In this document: in pieces, positions 27,754-38,588 of the stretch | How the letters are laid out: each line of letters opens with the position of its first letter | How positions within the stretch are numbered: position 1 is the stretch's first letter | NCBI GenBank assembly: GCA_040954595.2 | Contig: CM082591.2 | Span: 1,773,745-1,837,744, forward strand | Length of the DNA stretch: 64,000 nucleotides | Origin: Balanoglossus misakiensis | Taxonomy: Eukaryota; Animalia; Hemichordata | Direction of reading: 5' to 3' | Position numbers and translations under genes: made by a program | Notes under the pieces: generated by a model | The model's input: the letters and a program-made list of their open reading frames with translations, nothing else | Database searches by the model: none | Told to the model about the DNA's origin: nothing

Positions 27754-30700
27754 ATGTCACTGAGACTTCTATCCAGCCCGTGCGCTGGGCCCACTGCCGT
27801 GCACCAGGGCCCGATGCCCATGACGGGCCTACCGCCGATGAGCGGCCCCGGTGGGAAAGTTATCCCACCCGATGGTCCTCCACCGATGTCGATGATGGCA
27901 AATATGATGAACGGTAAGCTAAAACAATTTCACCCATTTGTATGTTCATGTATTACTAAGGGAAACAATTATTTCAAGAAAATTTAAACTTTTGGCAAAT
28001 TTTAGAAATGAATATATTAGGAACATTGTAATACTCGAAAATATTTTTTGCAGTGTTTAAGAAATATATTTTTGAGCTCTTCACGATTTTATCACAACTG
28101 GCATAGCGTTGGTTTTTGTTTGGATTTTGTAATAAAGTATCTGGAAATGTAATTTTACGTGCCTGTAAACTAAAAAAAGCGCTGTCTGCACAAAGTTGAC
28201 ACGTTTGCGAATAAATAGAAGATAGGGCTATACTATTTCGATGCAGCATTTTGCCAACAAAACTTTCTACATACTTTCGCGAAAAAAAAACCCAAGATGA
28301 TTCAAACTCGCCTGACTTTCCGCTGTAGTCGTAAGACTACACTCGTCCATGCCATGTGGTATTAAACGACATTTTCCACCGTATGACGTACATTTCAACC
28401 TGTTAGCGTATTTCATCACCATCTATCGTTACTCTGTATGTATATAATTACATCAAAATTTTCCCCAAGTCAATGTAAACCTTATTTCTCGTGGAGTTTG
28501 AGAACTTGCTGTTTGTTTTTTTACCAGGGGCAAAACGTCTTATCTTTCGACCATCTTTTTTTCTATTCGATGGGTGAGAATATCGTATTCCACGCCATGT
28601 CACGCTAACGTAGAATATAAAAGACGATTTACGTCATATAGAATATTTGTTCTAACTCGAACACCTAGTGTAACAATAGGCGGAACCAGCAGACGACAAA
28701 GTTATCGTTGTTCGTCTTAATGGACCTCTCATTTACAATACGCTGCTTAAGTGTGTCGCGTCTGGTTCCAAAGTCCTGTTTCTAGGAACACGTACACAGC
28801 CTGGGTAACCGCTACGAGACCCATTAAGAATTTAGTCCAACTTTTCGCTAAGATACTAGACCAGTCGACTGTCTAATCGGAAACTGACAGAAATAGGCCG
28901 AGTCAGAAATTATCGTCTGCTACAAATTTACATGAATATGATTCATTTTTGACAAACAAAACTTACTTAAATTTATCGAAAGTACAGGGAAAGTTGATAG
29001 ATACTGTTTGCAATTGCATTACCATTTTGATTGAAGGAATTCGGGGATAAATGATGTCTACCAAGTGAAAACGCTTCATTTGAGACGGAAAGTGAAATTC
29101 GGTAGGTGAGGTTTGAGAGAAATCAGGGAATGGGGTTCTTAATCCAGCATAACACTTTTTGGAGTTGCTCCAATATGTGTCTGGCTTTAACCGGCGCTGA
29201 TTTCCGATGACCGAATTACGGGTACATCAAATTCGCAGTTTACTCGTGAGAAGTTATAAAATGTACGTGCGCGACGAGTTGTTTCTCGTGATCGTTGTTT
29301 GGCGTTTTGTGGGTTACTTTTGGTTCAGTTGAAAACACGCGTAACTTCTAGCGCTCTGATTGGTCCATCACAGTAGCGCCATACGCAACTCCGCAGTGAC
29401 GTCATTCCATTGACGTCACTCATTCTCGGTAGAAGACCTGTTCGCTAATACGGTCCCATGGCCGGGCCTACGAAGGGACAATATGGACTGCTTTTTCAGC
29501 GAACTACTGACGCGTGCATGACTCATGCTAGAAAAATCTCCGCGAATAGTCATGCCACTGTTAACGAATGATTCCCAAGCCAGCTGACAGTAAACAACGA
29601 AGTTTTTCTCCGACTTACTTCGTCTTCGCGACGAGGGAAAGCCCCACCCATTAACTTTATCTTTCAAAACCTTTCCTTATCAAATGACGTTACAATATCA
29701 CATAGCTAGGAATAAAATTGCTTAATTTACTATCGACACTGCAAAATTACACAAGGTATACAACAAGTGAAAGCGGAATTTGTGTCTTGCTGATATGAAC
29801 TTAAAAAGCTATTAACTCCAAATATTTAGTCATTGAAATACATATAGTCTTTCGTTATTATCTGAAAAATGCAACCGTTGCGGAAATTTTACGTGGGCGG
29901 ACCATGCACAGATACGTGCACAGATGCACAAGACACGAGATGACCTCCAGGTTATGTTGAGACCAGCTGGATGTTGTCAGCAAAATGTCAAATGATTTGA
30001 TGAGTGAAAAGGTTACTCCAATTCTGTTTGCCCTGTCGAATACTGCAATATTGTACACAGGCTAAAATATGAATATGGCTCTACTATTTCAGGGAAATTA
30101 TTCAAGTTCCTACAAGACAGGGAAACTGTGATTAAGATAGCGATGAAACATCGCCAGCATACATTTTCCGAAGAAACCCAACACAAGTACAACTTGCTGG
30201 ACCCGTCGAATCGAACCGTTATCCTCGGAATGATGACAATATGGTCGGACACAGCCAACCAAGTTCTCCGGGAGACGTGCCCTGAATTTCCCGACTTCAA
30301 AGGGACGCCATTTGGGGTATTCGCTATAGAGATGCTTCTACAGAAGTACGAGAATGACCCTGAGGTATACAAACCACTATTTATCCAAAAAATCTTAAAA
30401 ATTGGAAGTCGTTCAGGCTATTTTCGGTCGACGATTTCCCGCCAAAATCAAGACAATGTTTCTCGGCCGTCATTAAAATTTTCATCAGAAAATACGCCAA
30501 CTAGAAATGATAATTTCGAGGACGGTCAACGATTAATATTTTCGGGCTTGTGTGTAAATTTAACAAGAAACAACCATCATATATCTGTTTTTTCTTTCAC
30601 ACAGGTTCGCCGCCATCTTGATTTCATGTACGAGTTTAAATCCATGATGCAATCTGGCAACCTGACGATAGGCGACAGAGCGCCCGATGTAGAGATTGTG

Positions 30701-32972
30701 AACCTCGATTCCAAACAGTGTCAACCACTGTCAAGCCTTCATTTACATAACGATAGACCGATGGTCGTCATCGCTTCGTCATTTAGCTGACCCCCGCTTA
30801 GGGTGAGTTTTAAACTTTAATTTATAAAAAAAAAAGATAAATTAGATGGTGATTTTGGTAATTTTTATCGCATGTACCCACAGAGTTTACAAGACCAGAT
30901 ATCAGTTTTTGCTGAACCCTGCCTCTTACAAATAATGGCAAATAAAATTTCGAATTAAATTTACTGAACAGAACTTCGAAAGTATTAAAATATTAAAATT
31001 ATATTAAGTAGGAATTTACTGACCCGTGCCTCTTGTAAATATTGCCAAATAAAAATCTAATAAACTTAAATGCAAAAGAGTTGACACCGAGTGTCTAAAA
31101 TGGTGTACGATATTTCAGACACGTAAAGAAATCGGGTGATTTCTAATAACCAATCAAATTTGTTGGTTTGGGGGTCTGTGTTCCGTTATGCATCGGGTTA
31201 CATGATAGGGTTACATGATACATCTGCGTAACAGCTAATGCACGTGACGATCGCGTGTATAACTTTCCATGCGCACGTGGACATCCTAGCCCATGAGATG
31301 TTGCTGCCATAGGCGAAAGATGACTTTAATTATTATAATTTTAACCAGTGGCTTACATATTTTATCCTTGGAGACTAAATAAGGAAAGAACAAAGCAAAA
31401 CAATACTTCTTCGATCGGTTAACCAGTTCAAAGATCATTTTTAAACTGCACGTACAAGTTTTCCCTCTGCCCTCCAATAACTGTGAACCGGCCCACTTTT
31501 TGTGCGGTTGACCTGCCACGAACGCTGCGCTTGTGTTAGGATAACCCTAGGCCAAGGTCTCCGGTTAAAATGTTTGTCGGAAACGATAATTATGACGGGT
31601 CAAGGTACTTTATAAAGAATCTGAAAGCGTGTATAGGGCTTGGTACACCCCGTGACCACAGGCATCTGAGATTACCAGGGTTAAACTAAGTTCATTCTTA
31701 CAACATACTTCGTAGCGTAGGCACATTACCATGGTGGCGCTGGCCCATAGAAACGATATCAAGCTGACCCCAAAAAAAGTCTAAAACCAGTAAACACGAA
31801 AAGCATGACGGACGACCGTATTCTTACGTTACACGAACTTACAAACAAACTTCTTAGTCGACGGAAAAGAAACGTAGTGACCTACAAAATGGCGAACATC
31901 CTGTTTCTCAATCGGCATTTGATGTTTTTCTCAAGATCCCGGTTTGTTGACCGGACTCCGTTCGACGTAACAACTTGTTGACAGAAAATACACTCAATTG
32001 AACTGCCAGAGTGATGAAACATCGCCGAGAAAGTACTAATCCCTTTAAGTCACGCACGAAATCCTCTTACAAAATATCACCACCGACATTTTCCGACTAC
32101 ATGTATTTCCTTCAGTGTGCGGTCGTAAGTTTAAGGGTTATTGGCGGTCAAATCCCTTGCAAAGTGGGTCTGGCTCATTTACCACAAGTATGCGCTTGCG
32201 CTTGTCTAATTTTAGCGTCAGAGGAAAAGTTTAGGTCAACTTTCTTATTACATGTATTATTATTATTTGTTTATTTCAGGCCATCGTTGATGGCGGCCAT
32301 CTGTCAAGACTAGTAGCAGACTACAAGTCGGACGTCGACTTTCTGTTCGTCTACCTGACAGAGGCGCATCCAAGAGACGGCTTCAGAATGGGGCGAAATT
32401 TCAGCTTCATGAAACAGCACAGAAGTTTGGAGGAGAGAATACAATGCGCACGGTGAGCATTTTAGGGATTCGCGCATGTATGACGGACGCACAGACAATT
32501 TTTTCGTCTGCCCACTAAATATTCATATCGGCTATAGAGAATTTTGGATTTAAACTTAAATTGCACGGTTTGGCGAACTTGAAAATCACTGTTTGGGTTT
32601 AACATTAATTGAGAGAAGACAAAGTATTTGCGGCATGCATTTTCATATAAAAATATTTGGGGAAAAAATAAAGATTGACTCACCTTTTTTATTCTTTTCT
32701 CTTGTAGAGAGCTTCCCAGCAAAGATGGCGACACTTTCACCTCCGACTTGCACTGCGGGTCAAAAGTTCGAGTTGTAGCAGACACAATGGAGAACGACTT
32801 CAACCGAGCCTTCTGTGCACATCCAGACCGTTCATTCATCATCGAAAATGGCAAAATGGTGTTCATTGGGGCCATCATGATAGACCAGCTGAAGATGCCA
32901 CAAAAATTGACCACCGACCATTTGAGAGAGTGGCTTGAAAACCGTTTTCCTAACGCTGCATCGTCGAAATGA
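27754..32972 (+). CDS. Iodothyronine deiodinase-like selenoprotein (~355 aa, Sec at ~residue 206)
   Basis: Exons 27754-27913, 30093-30364, 30605-30802, 32280-32452, 32708-32972 join in frame (phases 1,0,0,2) with one internal TGA at 30788-30790. Deiodinase motifs occur in order: GDRAPD, RPMVVIASSFSUPP, DFLFVYLTEAHPRDG, QHRSLEERI, VVADTMEN, AHPDRSFIIENGK, LREWLE. A SECIS is present in the 3' UTR. Confidence 0.9.
29360..29418. promoter_or_regulatory. Intronic CCAAT box plus two tandem perfect CRE sites
   Basis: ATTGG at 29360; TGACGTCA at 29397-29404 and 29411-29418, within intron 1 of the deiodinase-like gene. Confidence 0.5.
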
Positions 32973-33847
32973 ATTTCCTCTGACAATAAAATGACTGACA
33001 TTTCCCCCATTTCACCAGCATTCCGTTCAGACTGCCATGCTCACAGGCGCTTCAGGAACTGTACACCGATAACAAAACTTTCGAACACCCCAAACTAAGA
33101 GAGCTAGACACAGCAAAATATACTTCAGCGCTTGCACGCCGTCTCCCTTCTGACCGAACGAAATATACAGAAGAATAAAAACAGGTGGTTTATTTGCATG
33201 TAGACAGTTCTTCCCGAGCGTCAAAACGACAGGTGCGAACCGAACAGTAGACACCTCGGCGACAAAGTTTTGCATATTTCCTCGCTGGCCGGTTGGTGGC
33301 GCAATATACCCTAGCAGGTTATTCGAAAAGCAGCGCCCGACAATTCAGAGAGGATTTATATGCTTGAAATTTATCACCAACCAAGCTAGCGAAAATATAT
33401 TTATCAAGCACTGTAAAAATAGCATCACAAGCTGTTTTTATAGCCATTTTGAAAACTGTTCATGTGAAAATGCCACCATAAAGTGCTGTTTGAAATTTCC
33501 GAGCAGCATACCACTGGCCAACCGTCCGAGTCAACATCAGTCTTATTGTCAATCTATGCAGCCTAAAAGTTGCATGATAGTCCCTGTTTTTATCATCTTT
33601 GTTACCGGATAAGAAAAAAACTTAAGTTATTCGTCTGAAGATAAGTTGTTTTATCAGTGAAGTAAGAAAGAAAACTTGCATTGAAAAACTGCTTGGAATT
33701 CACGATGTCAGCCTCCTATTTATTGAATTTCATGATTTAAGTTAGAATATTTTATTTTATCTGTTCTATTTGGTCTCATACACCCTTTACCTGAAATAAC
33801 ATTTAAATGTAAAATACAACCTCGTTGCAAGCTTTTCAGATGCTCAT

Positions 33848-33942
33848 ACTGCCCTCTATGTGAGGACTTGTGACAGCTAATCGGTAAAACCCGACAACAG
33901 AGGGCGCTGATAGGCTCGATTTTCTCCCTTGCACGAGGCAGT
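33848..33942 (+). promoter_or_regulatory. Eukaryotic SECIS element (type II, GUGA core)
   Basis: Core G-TGAC (33870-33874) / CGAT (33917-33920). Helix II AGCTAATCGGT:GCTGATAGGCT (11 positions, one mismatch). Unpaired AAAA at 33886-33889 and apical mini-stem CCC/GGG. Helix I TGTGAGG:CCTTGCA, extended by ACTGCC(C)TC:GAGGCAGT. Confidence 0.88.
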
Positions 33943-33998
33943 CTGCGCATAACACGAGGCTTGCGATGACGTTGTTGTATCTTTGTATTTCATAAGAA

Positions 33999-34004
33999 AA
34001 TAAA
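33999..34004 (+). terminator. Polyadenylation signal downstream of the SECIS
   Basis: AATAAA 57 nt after the SECIS, followed by a GT/T-rich tract at ~34021-34050. Confidence 0.65.
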
Positions 34005-34402
34005 GCATATTTAACTTCAATGTAGTTTGTGTGGAGTCTTTGCTTTTTAAGTGTCAACATGGTATTTGTATGAAGGAAACTGAACTTATTAAAAGGATAA
34101 GTTTTTGTGCCTCAAAATTCACATGTTCAAACTTTTGCCTGTACTTTATAAAAAGAAAACTGTCAAATTAGAACACACAGACTCCTCTGTAATCAGGACA
34201 ATTCTTTATTAAGGAGATTTTTCAAGATAAAAGTTACAATTTATGGAATTTTATCCGTCTATTGAGGACACACTACTATCTGGATGTGTCCGTATAAGAC
34301 AGGTTTTAATACATACATGTATCTAAAATAAGAAGTCTGTTATTCTAAAGTAAACTGATTGAGTAATTTACCATTCCGAAGAAATTTGATTGGTTTGATG
34401 TA

Positions 34403-36484
34403 CTAGGAAGCCATCATGACTGGTCTGTGTTTCTTGGCCTCCAGGTCGACTCCAGTGCTGGCAAAACCAGTACCACCCTGAAAACAAAACAACAAAAATA
34501 AAAAGGAAAATGTCAAAAGAGATAGACAAGTACATCAGTCTAGTTTGCTTTGGAGATGCGATGTGATGTGGCATACACAGGCCAGACAAGATTAAACATG
34601 TGTACATGTTTACTCACCCTCTGTAACTTGATGACATCATTCTCGGTGATCTTCTCACCACTGATGGGGTCCACCATGTCTTTCTTGATCAGTTTTTCGT
34701 AACATTCCACCGTGATAACTTTGCAGCTGTGGGAACAAGGTGTAAATATTTCTAAGTCTCACATAATATGAACATAGGAATTTCCATGCATAGCTGACAA
34801 GGTTCTTAGATAGGAATTTACATGTATAGCCACCAAGGTTCTTAGATAGGCATTTCTATGCATAACAGACACCTTGCCAAAACCATCAATTCCTTCACTC
34901 TATATGGGTCCAGTTTATATAGGTTTCACTGCATTAGGTGCGACACTAGTCCAAAGAATGAACAACAAACATCCCTTTCTCACCTTGTTTTCAACACAGC
35001 GACCGGCGTAGAATTGGACAACGTATCGCGAGTGACCGCACACATGTAGCGGGCATCTTTATTCAGTAAATGGCGTTTATCATCAGCATCATTCACCTCC
35101 ACAAACTCAATATTCAGAAGGTTTTTCACTTTCAGTGGTTTCTTACTCATTGGACACAAAACGTGCTTGTCCTGTGAAAGAAACAGAAATGTAGAAGATG
35201 AAGATTAGGCTCAGAACGCAAACTGTCCCACAACACCCTGCGTTATGCTATCCGCGAAGTGGTCTATGTTCCTGGTCAACTTCCACCAGTGTCATGACAA
35301 AGGTTCCACCCTGTTATTATAAGTCTCATCAGGGTCACTCCATTATATCATATAGGGGTGTCCACTTACAGGTTTCTTGATCTGTGTGGGTTTAGCATCG
35401 GGTGTCAATGACGGGATCCAGAAACTAGGCAGTTCTTTGGCGGATTTCCCATTACTTGTCTCTCCGTTGGTCTGACTGCTTGTACCTGGCTGGGGTTCGG
35501 ATTCTGTGGTTGACGTCTTCTGTTTCTTGGCTGGTGGACCATTTGTGAATGGGTTGATTGGTTTGCTAGTGATGCTACGTTCTGTTTTGTTTAGAGTATA
35601 AAAAATAGTAAATTGTAACTTTACAAATTTATATGTGTGTGTGTCTTCCTATATAATGACTACTGAATTGAATGGAATACTTTACCAGTTTCAGCAAATC
35701 TCTTCAGGCTCTTCTGTTTTTCTTCACCATTTTTGGTGGACTGTTCCATCTGCAAGTAAAATATTAAAAGATTAAAATATATATGAATGTTCACAGCAAG
35801 TGTAGACCACACTACACTGTACATGGAAATGTAGATCGTAATGGAAGTACAGGTCACAGGTATCCATGATCACTACACTTTCTTTGACCTACAACTATCT
35901 GTCTGGATATCTTACCTCCAACTGTTTCTTTTGTCTTTCAAATTCCTTCTGTTGCCTAGCGATAGCTTGCTTCTGGTGTAAGATGTATTCCAGGATAGCT
36001 TCCTTGTCATACAGCCATCCATCGGGTCTGGAAGGCAGACGAGGAAGGACAACTTAGGTCGATGAGAAAGGATGCTTTTCCTTTGAATAATTTCTTACAC
36101 ATATTATAATTCTTGTTTAAAATTTGACTTACGTTACCACTGGATTTTTGCACGGTTGTAATGTAAGACAACAACAGTCAAAATTTCTTGTTGAGTCTTT
36201 GCCCAGTCGGCCCTGCTTGGTTCCATATCCCGATGTTTCTGTTAAATGTACAGAAACAAAACAAGCTGATTTAGATTGTAAACAAATGCAACATACATGT
36301 ACATGTAGGTTACATGACCCTTGCAGTTACATGTAGCAATGCACAGAGCAGAAAAAGAGCGTCGCTCGTCTACAGCAAAGCGACATTGACTTTGAAAACA
36401 TTGTTGCTACTTGCCTGTATCCTTCTTTCTTTCGTGGTACGAGTAAACCGTCCCGGCTGTACAATTTCGTTGATGTCGCGTCAT
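34403..36484 (-). CDS. NOSIP: Nitric oxide synthase-interacting protein (U-box/RING E3-like, spliceosome-associated)
   Basis: Exons 36484-36415, 36238-36133, 36027-35916, 35749-35686, 35581-35370, 35171-34984, 34726-34618, 34477-34403. Translates MTRHQRNCTAGTVYSYHE..., RLGKDSTRNFDCCCLTLQPC, DGWLYDKEAILEYIL, LPSFWIPSLTP, LQRGGTGFA, RPVMMAS*. Confidence 0.96.
34774..34871. repeat. 36-bp minisatellite (~2.7 copies) in a NOSIP intron
   Basis: Unit ATAGGAATTTCCATGCATAGCTGACAAGGTTCTTAG recurs at 34774, 34810 and 34846. Confidence 0.85.
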
Positions 36485-37063
36485 TTTTTTTACGCCGACT
36501 GAAACAAACACTTCTTCAAAACATCAACTTCCTGTCCAAACAACTCGAGGGGGTTTGTGGGTAGGTCACCCTGCACCCAACTTCACGCAGTAAAATAATC
36601 ACAAGAACACGTAATAAAACGTATTTTGACCAAATAGGACTATTTTTACATATCAAAACGTATAAAATTTGATAAATAAATAATTTTAACGCATTTGTCT
36701 GACTAATTTATGCTACGCTTGTTGTTTTATCTCGTACAGTTTGAACTCTCGCAGATTCTCGCATATGTACAAAGGTTAGAGGTCAGCTGGAAGCCATGTG
36801 TTTGAGCGAGGCCGAAGGACTTGATCGCTGTTTATGCGAAGACATGCACGAAAAAGTACCTGATTACGGCAAATATTAGGGTAACTGTCGTGTATTGTGA
36901 GCCCCGCTTGTTTTGATTTGTGAAGGGAGCACCCAGATCTACGCTTATAGCTTGTAACCCTGCCGCGGCTGGGATCGGTCTGTTGATGACCATTTGCTAG
37001 TAAACAACTTCCGCACATTGGCCCAAGACTCCGCTGTCTGTCTTCCAAACATTATGTGATACC
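36485..37063. promoter_or_regulatory. Bidirectional promoter NOSIP / POLR1F
   Basis: Divergent ATGs 579 nt apart; ETS-type ACTTCC motifs near both ends; TCTCGC repeats at ~36747-36762. Confidence 0.7.
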
Positions 37064-38588
37064 ATGGCTGCTAAAACTTTTCAAGAAGCGAAGCAGTATC
37101 TTGACGATCCATACTCTTGTTTCAAGCTAATCAGCACGACCAAACACATCACATTACCACCATGTTACCTGGGCAAACTGAGGAGTGGGGTGAAGGAAGA
37201 ACTTGGTTCTGAAATGCAGCTTTTTTCGGACAGGTAATGCCTACTCACACATTGGTACCCTTGTCATCAACCCAAGCCATCACAGCACACAACACAGTTT
37301 CCAGCAAACCCAGTGACGTTTCAACATAGCCCAAAGCTGGCCAGATTGAGCTACTAGTACTTTGCTGGGTTGATGTCTGGGTAACATTTATGCTTTTTGT
37401 GTCTTCCAGCCTGAATGGTGTTCTAATTGCATTTGAAAATGTGAAGTTACTCAAGCCATTTGGTGATATCCTAGATGACCAACCCTACATCCATTTTGAT
37501 GTTAATGTAGATATGATTATATTCCAGCCAAGTGTGGGTTCCCTGGTGCGGGTAAGTGGTCGACTTTTTACCCACAATGCAATTCAACATCCATGGTTTG
37601 ATGACTCATATTGACAACTTTGCTGCATCTCTCTTCACAGGGCGTCGTACACAAGATCGCTGTGGACCACATCGGGTGTCTGGTCCATGGTTGTTTCAAC
37701 GCTGCAATTCTTAAACCTAAGCAAGAGGTGAATGGTTGGAAAGGTGCCGGAATGACCCTTGGGGAAGAGTTCATCCTGAGGGTGGTGAGGATAGAGACGG
37801 AGAGGGGGGTTCTATCAATGAAAGGAGTAATTGAAGACATGTAAGTTGACTTGTGTGCCTTGACTGTTAGTTTCTCTAGCCCGCCTGTTACAAAACACAT
37901 GACTGTAGTTGCAGTGTGGTGTGGTTAATACAAACTTGTTTGTGGTCATAGCAGACTCGTTACATTTTTCTTGTGTTTTATCATCAGAGAACTACCGAGA
38001 GGATCAAATGCAGCTTTGAGAGAAACAACAGCAAGCATGGAGACAGAGTTAACATCGGTCAAACAGCGTGTGCTCGGAGAGAAGTCGGGAAAATCACGGA
38101 AAGGATCAAAGAAGTCGTCAGAGAAACGAGACACAAGTGAAGAAGGCAGCAATGTTGGTGAGATCGATGGAAAAGTGACAGTTGGAACTGAGGGGGTTGA
38201 TGGACCGACACAGAGGAAGGAAAAACGGAAGAAACGGAAAAGGGATAAACTGCAGACTGCCGAGACCGATCCTGTCACTGACAGACTTGTAAAGATCGAA
38301 CAAACTGATCTGGACAGTCCCAGTTCCAAAAGACCAAAGATAGTTGAGGGTGTAACAACAGGACAGAATAGCGGGGATTTGGACGGTGGGAGTACATCAA
38401 AAGGACAGAACGGCGACATGGGTCGACCATCTTCCCCTGGAAGGAAGAAGTCAAAAAAGTCGAAGAGAAAAGAGAGTGTTGAAATACACAACAGTGAGGT
38501 CGTGAATGTCAAAGTTGAACCCAAAAGTGATGAACTTGATAATGTCAAAAAGAAAAGTAAGAAATCAAAGAAGAGTAAAAAGAAATAA
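37064..38588 (+). CDS. POLR1F: DNA-directed RNA polymerase I subunit RPA43 (TWISTNB)
   Basis: Exons 37064-37233, 37410-37551, 37641-37840, 37988-38588. Motifs HITLPPCYLG, LNGVLIAFENVK, FQPSVGSLVRGVVHKIAVDHIGCLVHGCFNAAI; long Lys-rich C-terminal tail as in RPA43. Confidence 0.93.

Noticed and set aside
30788-30790. TGA as a true stop or pseudogene lesion
   Set aside because: It falls exactly at the deiodinase Sec position, downstream exons are intact and in frame, and a SECIS is present.
30913-31060. Imperfect ~40-nt direct repeat after the Sec exon
   Set aside because: AT-rich intronic duplication with no evident structure or function.
32462-33010. 182-aa minus-strand ORF
   Set aside because: Antisense shadow of the last deiodinase-like exon and intron.
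32991-33055. ATGAC near the stop codon as a SECIS core
   Set aside because: No convincing helix II, AA bulge or matching GA strand.
37946-38548. 200-aa minus-strand ORF
   Set aside because: Antisense shadow of the low-complexity POLR1F last exon.
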